The notes under the pieces were generated by a model. That model did no database searches. It was not told where the DNA came from and saw only the letters and a program-made list of their open reading frames with translations. The translations under genes were made by a program, and so were the position numbers. DNA of 61,333 nucleotides, counting the filler. It is 7 parts of 7 records of this genome, joined end to end, with 100 filler letters (N's around TTAATTAATTAA, not from the genome) between each part and the next. Parts side by side here need not be neighbours in the genome. Positions count along the whole stretch, not along the records: positions 45,753 to 61,333 come from SRR31147125_16449; 6 more parts are not named here. One strand, given 5' to 3'. Each line of letters begins with the position of its first letter. The first letter of the stretch is position 1. This document shows, piece after piece, positions 51,781 to 61,304 of the stretch.

Positions 51781-53445
51781 TTATTTACATGAAATGCTAC
51801 CGTGCTTTGTAAAATCAGCGTAGCATCTGTGATTTCTTCCTGCCTTTATATCAACTTTTGCGGTTAGCCATTTGTTTGAGGGAGCGTAGTGAACCTTTAT
51901 ATTATGGATGCCGGGTTTCAATCGAATCATGCTAACGGGAGACTCTCTTTTTGAAATCACGTTTGGAATATGAACGTAGCCCCAAGGCCTTGCTTGGATG
52001 CTAAGGATCCCAGGCTTATTAGATTTCAAATGATAGTTTTTAGAAATATAGGAAGAATCAGGTTCTATCTCTATCACCTCATTTATCTTTTCATACCCCT
52101 CTAACTCTAAACTTAGATTTATATTTGAAGTTTTAGAGATATCTAGGTCCGCCAAAACAAATGGCGTTACCAAATCTTTTGTTTTTCCATTATATTCAAG
52201 CGAAGCTTTAGCACCCGATGGCACTGAATCTATACTCAACACTCCTTCATGCGTTATCTTAGGACTCTCTTGCAATTTTTTTATTTTCTCCACGGGTTTA
52301 AAGAAAACACCATCACCACCATATCTTCTAGGCTTCATCAGAAGATTCCCATCGGCTTTTTTTCCCACTCCAAGCATCACAACAAACAGACCAAGGAAAC
52401 AGCAGATAAAGACTCTAGACCCGATCATCTTTAAAGGGAACGCAACCTCATTTTTTCTTTTTAACACTTTAGTTTTCTGACACCCTCGCAATGGGACATT
52501 TTTCTTTTTATATTTTTCATCGATGAATAGCTCATTTATATAATCGGCCAACTCCAAACCATGAGTATGCAACTTTTTCATTCCAATATATTCATTTAGA
52601 TCTCTCAAAAATTCCGAAGCACTTTGGTAACGTCCATCTCTATCTTTTGATAATGCCTTTTTTATAATTTCTCTCATATTTAAAGAGACCTTGTGCTCCC
52701 AAAATTCGGGCAATCTTGAATCTCTGACATTCTGAATTATCTCAAAATCGCTCTTTGAACAAAACAGACGATCCCCCGTAAGAATTTCAAATAGAACAAT
52801 ACCTACTGAATAGAGATCTGACCGAAAATCGATATCTTCCCCAAAAGCCTGCTCAGGCGACATATAGGCGTATTTCCCAATAAGTCTCGCAGTTGTTGTC
52901 TCTTTGCTCCTATGCAAACCCTTCGCAATACCAAAATCGGTCAGCTTAACTTCGCCATTATATGAAATAAGGATATTCTGTGGAGAGACGTCACGGTGAA
53001 CTATATTTAAACCGTTTCCTTTTTCATCAACTCGCTTATGTGCAAAATCTAAAGCTCTTAACACTTCGCAAAGTATAAAAAGAGCATATTTCTCTGGCAT
53101 ACAGAACGATTCTTTACTAACTTTTTTACAAAGACGCTTAAGATCAACACCATCTATATATTCCATCGAGATATAAGAACAACTTCCATCTTTCCCTAAC
53201 TCGAACACCTGAACAATATTCTGATGCTGAAGATTCATGACAGCATTTGCCTCATCAACAAGCATCTCCTCAAACTCAGGTTTATCAGACCAATGGGGCA
53301 AAATCCGCTTAATTGCTACATTCTTTGTAAAACCCCTATCACCCTTATACTTACCTCGAAAAATCTCAGCCATTCCACCTTCGGCTATCTTCTCCTTTAA
53401 GACATATCTTCCAAACTTATATGGCAACTTTGAAATTTGAGTCAT
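51781..53445 (-). CDS. Hanks-type Ser/Thr kinase, one TM, extracytoplasmic PEGA-like domains
   Basis: GGMAEIF, VAIKR, HRDVSPQN, DFGIAK, YMSPEQ; TM VFICCFLGLFVVMLGV; LSIDSVPSGA and LSIQARPWGYV. Confidence 0.93.
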   Translation of the reverse strand: MTQISKLPYKFGRYVLKEKIAEGGMAEIFRGKYKGDRGFTKNVAIKRILPHWSDKPEFEEMLVDEANAVMNLQHQNIVQVFELGKDGSCSYISMEYIDGVDLKRLCKKVSKESFCMPEKYALFILCEVLRALDFAHKRVDEKGNGLNIVHRDVSPQNILISYNGEVKLTDFGIAKGLHRSKETTTARLIGKYAYMSPEQAFGEDIDFRSDLYSVGIVLFEILTGDRLFCSKSDFEIIQNVRDSRLPEFWEHKVSLNMREIIKKALSKDRDGRYQSASEFLRDLNEYIGMKKLHTHGLELADYINELFIDEKYKKKNVPLRGCQKTKVLKRKNEVAFPLKMIGSRVFICCFLGLFVVMLGVGKKADGNLLMKPRRYGGDGVFFKPVEKIKKLQESPKITHEGVLSIDSVPSGAKASLEYNGKTKDLVTPFVLADLDISKTSNINLSLELEGYEKINEVIEIEPDSSYISKNYHLKSNKPGILSIQARPWGYVHIPNVISKRESPVSMIRLKPGIHNIKVHYAPSNKWLTAKVDIKAGRNHRCYADFTKHGSISCK

Positions 53446-53455
53446 TTTTATACTC

Positions 53456-54972
53456 TTAGTTTATCAAATCATTTGTTTTATATATCTGCCAGGAAACTGA
53501 AGACCCATCATTAAACATACTTGACGAATGACAATTTTTACCGTGATTAAGAGCAAAGGAAACAACATGAACACAGTTATACTTAAAATCTACAGGGGAC
53601 TGATAAATGGAAATTGATTCATCATATGATGTTGGGAACATCTTCCACGGAGAGCTATCAATCGTCGGCAACATTATGCCGCTTGATGGTATCTTTACAG
53701 AGACATTAGCACTAAACCGAGCATAAACTGTACCCTCACCCATACTACAATTTATATTATTTGGACCATCGCTTGTTTTTCTACTAACTACACAAACAAC
53801 GTGAGGACACCCCCAAGTTGTTGTGCATCATCACCCATTGAAGGATTTGCCAAATAGAGAACATAATCTCTTGGCGGACTCATTAGAGACGTGCCGCTAT
53901 AGTCAATATAACATTCCATACTAGTATTACTCTGGTCGAGAAGCCAACCTCCATACTGAATATAAGCTTTACCACTTCCTAACTGGGATACTGAATCATT
54001 AATATCTGTAATTCTAGCAACCGTGTCTGGAATTTTATCATCCTTGATTACTTCATGATCAAACAACTCCTCTCTTGAAACAGCGTCAATTGATGCAGGC
54101 GTAATACTGCCTATTTTGGAATCAACATACTCTTTAGAGGTTGCATCGGTTGAAGAAACAGGAGTCTTGATGCCCGTAATTGCATTACCAGCCATATTCA
54201 AACTACCCTTCATTATATCAGAGCCATCAAGACTTAAATTTCCCTTATCCACCATCTTTGAGTCTTCCGCCCTCTTTTTAATAGACAAATCAAAGTCAGT
54301 TAAGACATCTTGAACATTTTTTGAGCTTGAGTAAGTAAAATCTGGTTCGACTCCAACACTAAAAGCGCCCTCGGTATTCGATATTGAACTTTTATAATCA
54401 TCAAATTCTGTTCTTGAAATAATTGGAGAAGTTGAATCGGAATCATCTAGAATTGTTTGTTTTAATTCATCAACCAAATCAGTCTTCAAATGATTCAACG
54501 AAATCGACTTTTCTTTTATTTGAGCTTCACCTACAGACTGATCTGCAACTTTAAATGCCACGCTGGCATAAGATGAATAAGGAACACTGACAATTTCCAT
54601 GATGGGTTCGGGAGGATACCCTTCCGCTTGAATCTCAAGATATTTAGGCTCATCAGGCTTTAGACTCTCTATATCTAAGCCTCCAGTTAGGACGGCATCT
54701 AAAGGAGACTCACCCGCGCCTATTGATATAGAAACAACGCCAGAAATGACTTCAACATTTTGGACCTCTTCATATAAAACATCAAAACTTGAATTCAAAA
54801 TTTTAATATTAATCACAGATTCACCATTAGGAAGAGGATTCCCAGTTTCATCAAAAAGAACGGCCTGATAATTAATCAACCTTGGGACCTCCATATTTAG
54901 CGCAAATACATTTGAAACTGCGACAAAAGATACAAACAACGCAAACAATAAACACAATGACTTTTTATTCAT
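53456..54972 (-). CDS. Secreted tail-fibre/adhesin-like protein, probably one gene split by a frameshift
   Basis: Signal peptide; INYQ..L.D..G.P...SVPY N-domain; LNMAGNAITG..TP....DATSKEYVD motif. One extra G in the G5 run (53810-53814) fuses ORFs 53788-54972 and 53456-53743. Confidence 0.65.
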
Positions 54973-54984
54973 TTTTTCCTCCCA

Positions 54985-55431
54985 TTATCTAACTATAAAC
55001 TCAACCCGCCTATTTTTTCTCCATGCATCCCTATTATGAGCAACATCTACAGGACGCGATTCTCCATAACTAACAACCATAATTATTCGATTATGATCTA
55101 CCCCATTCTTGATCAGGAGGCTCTTGACCTCCCTAGCTCGCCTATCACCAAGCTCCATATTATATTTATTTGGGCCAACTTCATCACAGTGCCCCTCTAA
55201 AATAATGACAACATCCTTATTACGATTCATCCACTCTGCATTTTTTTCAAGAAGTCTTAGATCGCTCTGTTGAAGGACATCCCTATCAAACAAAAAACGA
55301 ACTGTTGGATATGGAACATTTTCCGTCAAAGCATTCTTATAAACCTTGGACCTCTGCACTGCGCATGAATTAAGAGCAAGGAGCGACAGAGCACACAAAA
55401 GAATTAAACTTTTTCCATATCTTAGGATCAT
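54985..55431 (-). CDS. Pal-like OmpA_C peptidoglycan-binding lipoprotein
   Basis: Lipobox LNSC; EGHCDE.G...YN..LG.RRA, VSYGE..P, KNRRVEF. Confidence 0.9.
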   Translation of the reverse strand: MILRYGKSLILLCALSLLALNSCAVQRSKVYKNALTENVPYPTVRFLFDRDVLQQSDLRLLEKNAEWMNRNKDVVIILEGHCDEVGPNKYNMELGDRRAREVKSLLIKNGVDHNRIIMVVSYGESRPVDVAHNRDAWRKNRRVEFIVR

Positions 55432-57659
55432 TTCTCTATTGCTCCGATATCATATTGACCATTAAAACGTTCCTGGCCAAAATAGTCTGTCTCAACTGTT
55501 CCATAATTCTCTTCATCGGTATCGATTCCTTCATTAACCAAACATGAACAAACTGGCTCATAGCCAAAACCTATAAGCGTCAAAAAAGGATCAGTATATT
55601 TCTGATTATTTTGAACCAAGGCATCACCAATAGAAGTATTGGCATCATAGTGAAACTGTCCTTCACAATCGACAAAAAGAGCATTCGATCCACCTGAATC
55701 AAATGTTGAAAACATATTATTTCTAAATTCGGAGACACCTGATGAAGGAGATTCGCCAAAACATTTCATTGCAATCGCATCTGAGCCATTTAAAGAATCG
55801 GCTACAACTATATTATTCAAAATCAAAGGATCACTGTTCTTAAAGATAAGGCCGGTAGACGTTCCAGCCTCTTCAGATCTTGATGTTCCATCTATCGTAT
55901 TATTGCTAATGACTGGACTGAGCCCTATAATCTCTACACCCGTTGCATGCTTGGCATTTCCTGCTCTGACAATATTATTAATTACAACCGGCGTTGCATG
56001 CTCACTATAGATACCTTTATTTTCAACGGCGCTCTCAGTTCCTACTCTGGCAATATAATTCCCTTCAATCCGAGGACTTCCTCCCAAAATATTAACCCCA
56101 ACTGTGTGTGCAGAGCCCTCGCCTGAATAAACCATATTATTTCTAAGAACAATTCCAGCACTTGTATTTACAAGCTTAACGGTACTTGAATATCTATTTT
56201 TTAGAGCGTTAATAATATGAAAACCGTCAATAACAATTGAACCATGACTTTCATTTAGATTTATGGTTGACGAATTGTTATCGCTAAATAACGTTGTGAG
56301 ATATTCTGATGATATACTACGAACATCTCTGTGATCTTCAAGATCAGTATTCAAATCATCAAACTTAGACCCATCATAACCGCCCTTAAGATTGATTCCA
56401 TTTTTGAAAATAAGATCATTTATATTATAAATTCCAGAAGCGACTACAACATCTTCATTGCGCAAGTGAGCTAGCAAAATCCCCTTCTGAATTGTAGCAA
56501 CGGGAGCATTAAACGTTCCCATATCCTCATCAGAACCATCATCACCATCTACGTAAACGTAGGAACGTCCATCACCATCAATATCGTCATCACAGACATC
56601 ACCAAGCTTATCTGCATCAACATTGTATTGATATGAGAGATCCGAATCCGTATTTAACTGATTGGCGTTTGCTATCTCTGGACAATTATCACCATTATCA
56701 CCAACACCATCCCCATCTTTATCTGCCCATTCCTCTGAGTCTAGAGGAAAGAAGTCAATTTTATCGTTATAGCCATCTGAGTCACTATCAACGCTTAGAG
56801 GATCTAAACCAAAATCTATTTCTATTTTATCACTCAATCCATCATCATCGCTATCTGTTGCAAATAGGTTTGTTCCATACTTCTTTTCATCATCATCAGG
56901 CAATCCATCACCATCCGTATCATTATCACAGGCATCGCCTTTACCGTCATCATCAATATCCTTCTGATCATCATTTATAACTAAGGGACAATTATCGTCA
57001 GAGTCTATAAATCCATCGCTATCTGTATCTGCATCAACTGGGGACGTTCCGTTTTCAAGCTCTTTGTCATTAGAAATAGTATCGCCATCAATATCACTAT
57101 CCTCATTATCTCCAATTCCATCTCCATCGGTATCCAGCCATTCAACAGAATTGCTTGGAAACAAATCTTCTCCATCTATTTTTTCATCGCCGTCAGTATC
57201 AGGCGAAAACGGGTCCAACCCTAGACTTACTTCATCTAAATTGCTGAGCAGATCATCGTCCAGATCTCCCCCACCAATAGAAGTATAATCATCTAATGTT
57301 AGCTCAATATATGACTCTCCGCCCGTCAACTCGAGCATACCTTCAGCTTGAGCTAGAAGCAGTTCACTACCCATATATTGATATTTTATTCCAAGCCTAA
57401 AAAGATAATTTCCTTTTGGAACATCTCCAAAGTCAAAAACAAACTCCTCACCGTCAACGGCAGGAGCTATATCGGACAGAATAACAACATCCTCATTAAT
57501 CAGACTCCCGTACAATCGATACGAACTAGAGTCTAGCTCCACGAGAGCTTCCGGCCAAACAAGTCCAAGCCTAACCTCTCCAGCAGATGAACCCCCTCCA
57601 CTGCCTCCGCAACCCACAACAACAAACAGACAAAACAAAAACAAAACAATCTTCTTCAT
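55428..57659 (-). CDS. Lipoprotein with TSP3/Ca-binding repeats and C-terminal right-handed beta-helix
   Basis: Lipobox VVGC + Gly/Ser linker; many DxDxDG and DNCP..N..Q.D.D.DG.GDAC repeats; YVD..GSD...GT...P..TI..GI; NN ladders; terminal DIGAIE. Confidence 0.85.
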   Translation of the reverse strand: MKKIVLFLFCLFVVVGCGGSGGGSSAGEVRLGLVWPEALVELDSSSYRLYGSLINEDVVILSDIAPAVDGEEFVFDFGDVPKGNYLFRLGIKYQYMGSELLLAQAEGMLELTGGESYIELTLDDYTSIGGGDLDDDLLSNLDEVSLGLDPFSPDTDGDEKIDGEDLFPSNSVEWLDTDGDGIGDNEDSDIDGDTISNDKELENGTSPVDADTDSDGFIDSDDNCPLVINDDQKDIDDDGKGDACDNDTDGDGLPDDDEKKYGTNLFATDSDDDGLSDKIEIDFGLDPLSVDSDSDGYNDKIDFFPLDSEEWADKDGDGVGDNGDNCPEIANANQLNTDSDLSYQYNVDADKLGDVCDDDIDGDGRSYVYVDGDDGSDEDMGTFNAPVATIQKGILLAHLRNEDVVVASGIYNINDLIFKNGINLKGGYDGSKFDDLNTDLEDHRDVRSISSEYLTTLFSDNNSSTINLNESHGSIVIDGFHIINALKNRYSSTVKLVNTSAGIVLRNNMVYSGEGSAHTVGVNILGGSPRIEGNYIARVGTESAVENKGIYSEHATPVVINNIVRAGNAKHATGVEIIGLSPVISNNTIDGTSRSEEAGTSTGLIFKNSDPLILNNIVVADSLNGSDAIAMKCFGESPSSGVSEFRNNMFSTFDSGGSNALFVDCEGQFHYDANTSIGDALVQNNQKYTDPFLTLIGFGYEPVCSCLVNEGIDTDEENYGTVETDYFGQERFNGQYDIGAIEK

Positions 57660-57671
57660 CGATCTCCTCCT

Positions 57672-58502
57672 TTACCTCTCTAGAAATATTGAATCCAACA
57701 CAGCACTCCAAAGCAAACCATTGTCATGCGATGGATGAGAGAAAGCACCAAGCCTACCCGTCTTAAGATAATAACCGCTCACCCCAACGTATCCTCCGCT
57801 AAACAACGATACTGAGTTCAAATTTATCTTTTTTAAGATCTTTAAATCGATACTTGATGAATATCCTGAACTCTGAGATCTAACTGTAAATCGATGACCA
57901 CCCTCTTTCACTGATTTTGGGGATATAAACAAAAGTCCATTAGCACTGCTAACGGACATCGTTGTGGAATTGGTTGAAGGATTTATCATTAGATTCTTAG
58001 AATTTTCATATTCGTCTTCGATCTCCAGAACCGACTCATCTGATGAGTATATTTTTAAAACTAATCTATTAGATGGAATACTTAAATCATTTTTGAGACC
58101 AACAAAGATAGGAACGGACAGCATTTCAATCTCAACTTCTGATACTTGTCCGGGCACAACTTTTACGCTAAAACTTTCACCTCTCAAAATGACCTGATTG
58201 TCATTGTTAATAGCTTCAACAGTGATCCTTTTTTCACCTCCCGCCGGGATATTTTCAATTAGAGCTGATTCAGAATCAGAACCATAATCACTAACCAAAG
58301 GGGAATCTAGGCCATCTCCATCAACAGTAATTCTATACTTCATAATTTCTGCATAGCCCTGCCCCCGACCTGCATCTTCTGACCTATTTATAATAAGTTT
58401 TAATGAGAGTTGATTTTCTACAGAGTCATCATAAAGGGAACCATCTGAACCACATGAAGTAAAAATGGATAATATTAACGTTATTAATATGATTTTTTTC
58501 AT
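57672..58502 (-). CDS. Hypothetical lipoprotein, beta-sandwich-like
   Basis: MKKIILITLILSIFTSC lipobox; IENIPAG...ITVEA pattern. Confidence 0.75.
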   Translation of the reverse strand: MKKIILITLILSIFTSCGSDGSLYDDSVENQLSLKLIINRSEDAGRGQGYAEIMKYRITVDGDGLDSPLVSDYGSDSESALIENIPAGGEKRITVEAINNDNQVILRGESFSVKVVPGQVSEVEIEMLSVPIFVGLKNDLSIPSNRLVLKIYSSDESVLEIEDEYENSKNLMINPSTNSTTMSVSSANGLLFISPKSVKEGGHRFTVRSQSSGYSSSIDLKILKKINLNSVSLFSGGYVGVSGYYLKTGRLGAFSHPSHDNGLLWSAVLDSIFLER

Positions 58503-58509
58503 ATATTGC

Positions 58510-59799
58510 CTACCTAAATGAAACACTTATATTTCCTGTTGTTGGAGTTTCACCTCCACTGCTTCCTCCAGAGAATGCAGTCGCGAGGCCTGCACCTAAA
58601 CCAGCTGCCAACACCCCACCAATAATGCTGAATAAAATTGGTTTTGATATCTTTGACTGTCGCTTTTTACTTAAGAGTACAACATCACCAGAACCAATTG
58701 GTTCTGAATACTTATAAGGGTTACTCGCAATATTTATGCCGGCTTGAGATGCTATTTTTTGAGACAAAGATTTAATTGTGGAATTCTTTAGTAAGTCTTG
58801 AGAACTGATGCTTATATTTATAGGTTTTAATCCTGTTTTATATTTGGCATCGACAACTCTCGCACGCACTTTTTTTTCAGATAATCCCTTGGAATCAAAA
58901 TCAAGAAGCACAACCTTATCTACTCTTAAAACTTCTGCAATCTTCAAAGCTTCATCTAGAGGGGTGTTTAAAGATTCTGGCCCACTATTTTTGGCAAAAA
59001 ACCTCTCTCCTAACCATTTCAAGCGCTCTTTTACCCGTACGGTTTTTCCAGCTTTCAAATAGAGGCTCTTTCTTGATGAACTATACTTATTTGCAGTAAC
59101 TTCAATCTGGTATTTTCCTTCTGGAAGATTCTCCAAAATCAGAGGTGTAACACCTCTATTAATTCCATTGATATAAACATCGGCAACTTTAAGATTACTA
59201 TAAACCTTGATTTTCCCCCTCGGCAAGATCGCTACAAACTCCCTTGCCTTTTCAAATTCTCTCATAAGGGAGGGAGGAAAGGCCCGACTGTCCAGATTGT
59301 AATCAGGGTTCAACCGGAGGGCTTGGGTAAAAGCCTGCCGGGCCTCACCAATGTTACCTATGGATTTGAAAATAATTCCCAATGTAAGATAGGCATCAAG
59401 AAGAGAACTCCCGTTATCAAAAAGAAGCTCTGCATTTCGTTCAATATCACTAATGATCTTCTTTACAATCGACTTTGCCTCTATATAGTTAAATTGATAA
59501 TACTGTTTTTTTGATTCAGCTAAGAGCCTACGAATCCTCTTTGAAAACAGTGAAGAAGACTTTCTATCGTGATACCCAAGAACCTTTTCAACATTCTCAG
59601 GACTGACAACATTTATCCCTCTAATTTTCAGATCATTTGACACACCCCTGACCAGATCTTCAAATAGAGGATCCCGCTCTTCGACTCCAAGGGAAACAAT
59701 AGCCATATCAATCTTAGATTTTGAATATGCAAAAGAGTGAATTGTAAAAACCTGTCCAACAACTAGAAGCACAATTAAAATATTTTTTAGCAGATTCAT
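58510..59799 (-). CDS. Exported TPR + PEGA protein with C-terminal hydrophobic segment
   Basis: Signal peptide; TPR AYLTLG..F...G...EA...F.QAL.LNP; PEGA ADVYING..RG.TPL..ENL.EG.Y.IEV; C-terminal Gly/Ala-rich hydrophobic stretch. Confidence 0.85.
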   Translation of the reverse strand: MNLLKNILIVLLVVGQVFTIHSFAYSKSKIDMAIVSLGVEERDPLFEDLVRGVSNDLKIRGINVVSPENVEKVLGYHDRKSSSLFSKRIRRLLAESKKQYYQFNYIEAKSIVKKIISDIERNAELLFDNGSSLLDAYLTLGIIFKSIGNIGEARQAFTQALRLNPDYNLDSRAFPPSLMREFEKAREFVAILPRGKIKVYSNLKVADVYINGINRGVTPLILENLPEGKYQIEVTANKYSSSRKSLYLKAGKTVRVKERLKWLGERFFAKNSGPESLNTPLDEALKIAEVLRVDKVVLLDFDSKGLSEKKVRARVVDAKYKTGLKPINISISSQDLLKNSTIKSLSQKIASQAGINIASNPYKYSEPIGSGDVVLLSKKRQSKISKPILFSIIGGVLAAGLGAGLATAFSGGSSGGETPTTGNISVSFR

Positions 59800-60083
59800 G
59801 CAGGCCGCTAATTCAATAAGAGTGCCAACTTGAAGCAATTCGGAATATCGTACAGTGAATCAACGAGTTACGCTCAACTTGTAAAAGAATCAGCTTAAAG
59901 ATTGAACAGATTAAACTTTCCAAATCCAGAACACCCACTGTCATCTTCTCCGGAATGTTGAACAGATTGCCGTTAACAAACTGTTAACGATTTCGACACT
60001 CCATGGGCTATTTTCGGGCAACTTATTTTCCATTCTTAGCGAAACCCATTTATAACTTTTAAAACCCTAACTAGGAGGAAAGA

Positions 60084-60683
60084 ATGGGAGATGTAACATT
60101 AGAACCTAGAGTTCTATACGCAGTTGATGTTTTAGCAAACGAAGCTAGCGGAAAAAAACCAGACGGCACACTTACACCAAGAGAATCAGCAGCATTTTGC
60201 GCAATGGAGCTTCAACAATCTGACGGCTGTGATCCTTGTGGAGATTTGATAACCAGATTTAAGGAATTATTTTGTGGAAATACAAGGCCTTCTGAACCAC
60301 TCACTTACTGGGCTGGGATTAAAGATTCATCAGGTAGAGCTCATACTGTAGTGAACCCAAAACTTCGTGAAACACTTATGAAAGCTGACTTTGAATATGG
60401 TAATAGTGATGGCGTTACAACCCCAAATGAAATTGCCGAACTCAGACTTGATCTTGGAGTAGTAAGCTGCTCGGCAAATTTTACTTTGCAGGCTGGAAAA
60501 ATTGTTTCAATGGGTGGAGACTGTACCTTTAGTGGAAACACAAAAGAGTGCAAACCGCTTGACGATGCTTTAAGAGCAATCTCCTCAGAACTACTTACAG
60601 AAGTAGCTCAAAAAACAACTGAATCTTTGAGTGTCTATGGTGAAACCCTTAGAGGCGTCATACCCCAAAGAAGCAGCAAATAA
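60084..60683 (+). CDS. Hypothetical protein
   Basis: 199 aa, AGGAGG RBS, downstream hairpin; no family recognised. Confidence 0.7.
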   Translation: MGDVTLEPRVLYAVDVLANEASGKKPDGTLTPRESAAFCAMELQQSDGCDPCGDLITRFKELFCGNTRPSEPLTYWAGIKDSSGRAHTVVNPKLRETLMKADFEYGNSDGVTTPNEIAELRLDLGVVSCSANFTLQAGKIVSMGGDCTFSGNTKECKPLDDALRAISSELLTEVAQKTTESLSVYGETLRGVIPQRSSK

Positions 60684-60707
60684 TATTTGTTAATAATCAA
60701 AAGGTAA

Positions 60708-60738
60708 GATGGCGGGGCTAAAAACCCTGCCATTTTCA
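60708..60738 (+). terminator. Probable terminator
   Basis: ATGGCGGGG / CCCTGCCAT stem followed by T-rich tract. Confidence 0.6.
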
Positions 60739-60759
60739 TTTTTATTAACATCTTATTGT

Positions 60760-60854
60760 ATTATCGCGAGAAGCTCTGCAAAGCGATGCGCCAATCCAGA
60801 AATCTCAACTATTTAAAGTGGATTGCCGCGTCGCCAAGGCTCCTCGCAATGACA
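60760..60854. repeat. REP/RPE-like palindromic element, copy 2
   Basis: TATCGCGAGAAG...CCAATCC...TGGATTGCCGCGTCGCC..GGCTCCTCGCAATGACA. Confidence 0.8.
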
Positions 60855-60915
60855 GCAGTAGCAAACTCTTTATTTTCGATTGACAAAAGAGGCTCTCTTT
60901 GCTTTTTATCCGGCC

Positions 60916-61254
60916 ATGGATCAGCTAAAACAAGCATTAGTAAAGGCGGGACTTGCTCCTAAAGAGACTTTGGAAGATAAGAAAAAAGCTCCTAAAAAAA
61001 GCAAGGTCCCAAAAAAAGAATTTAAGAAATATGGTAATCACCAGATCAGAACTGATTGCGAACATTGTGGCAACTATTCACCTGATGTTGAATACTATAA
61101 GCACAACAATCGTTTAATCGTTAAGCGCTGGTTATGCGTAAAGTGCGCTGACGAATATCAGATATCTGATGACCTAAGAGATACAAATCAGAGTTCAAAT
61201 GCAAGATCTGGACAATTCAGACGTATGTGGGGAAGAACTAAGAGGTTTAAATAA
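60916..61254 (+). CDS. Small basic hypothetical protein with CxxC...CxxC zinc ribbon
   Basis: CEHC...CVKC; Lys-rich N-terminus, Arg-rich C-terminus; start uncertain. Confidence 0.65.
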   Translation: MDQLKQALVKAGLAPKETLEDKKKAPKKSKVPKKEFKKYGNHQIRTDCEHCGNYSPDVEYYKHNNRLIVKRWLCVKCADEYQISDDLRDTNQSSNARSGQFRRMWGRTKRFK

Positions 61255-61304
61255 AACTTTCGAATCGGTTCTCCACAAGGTCAAACACTATTGATATTAT
61301 ATAC

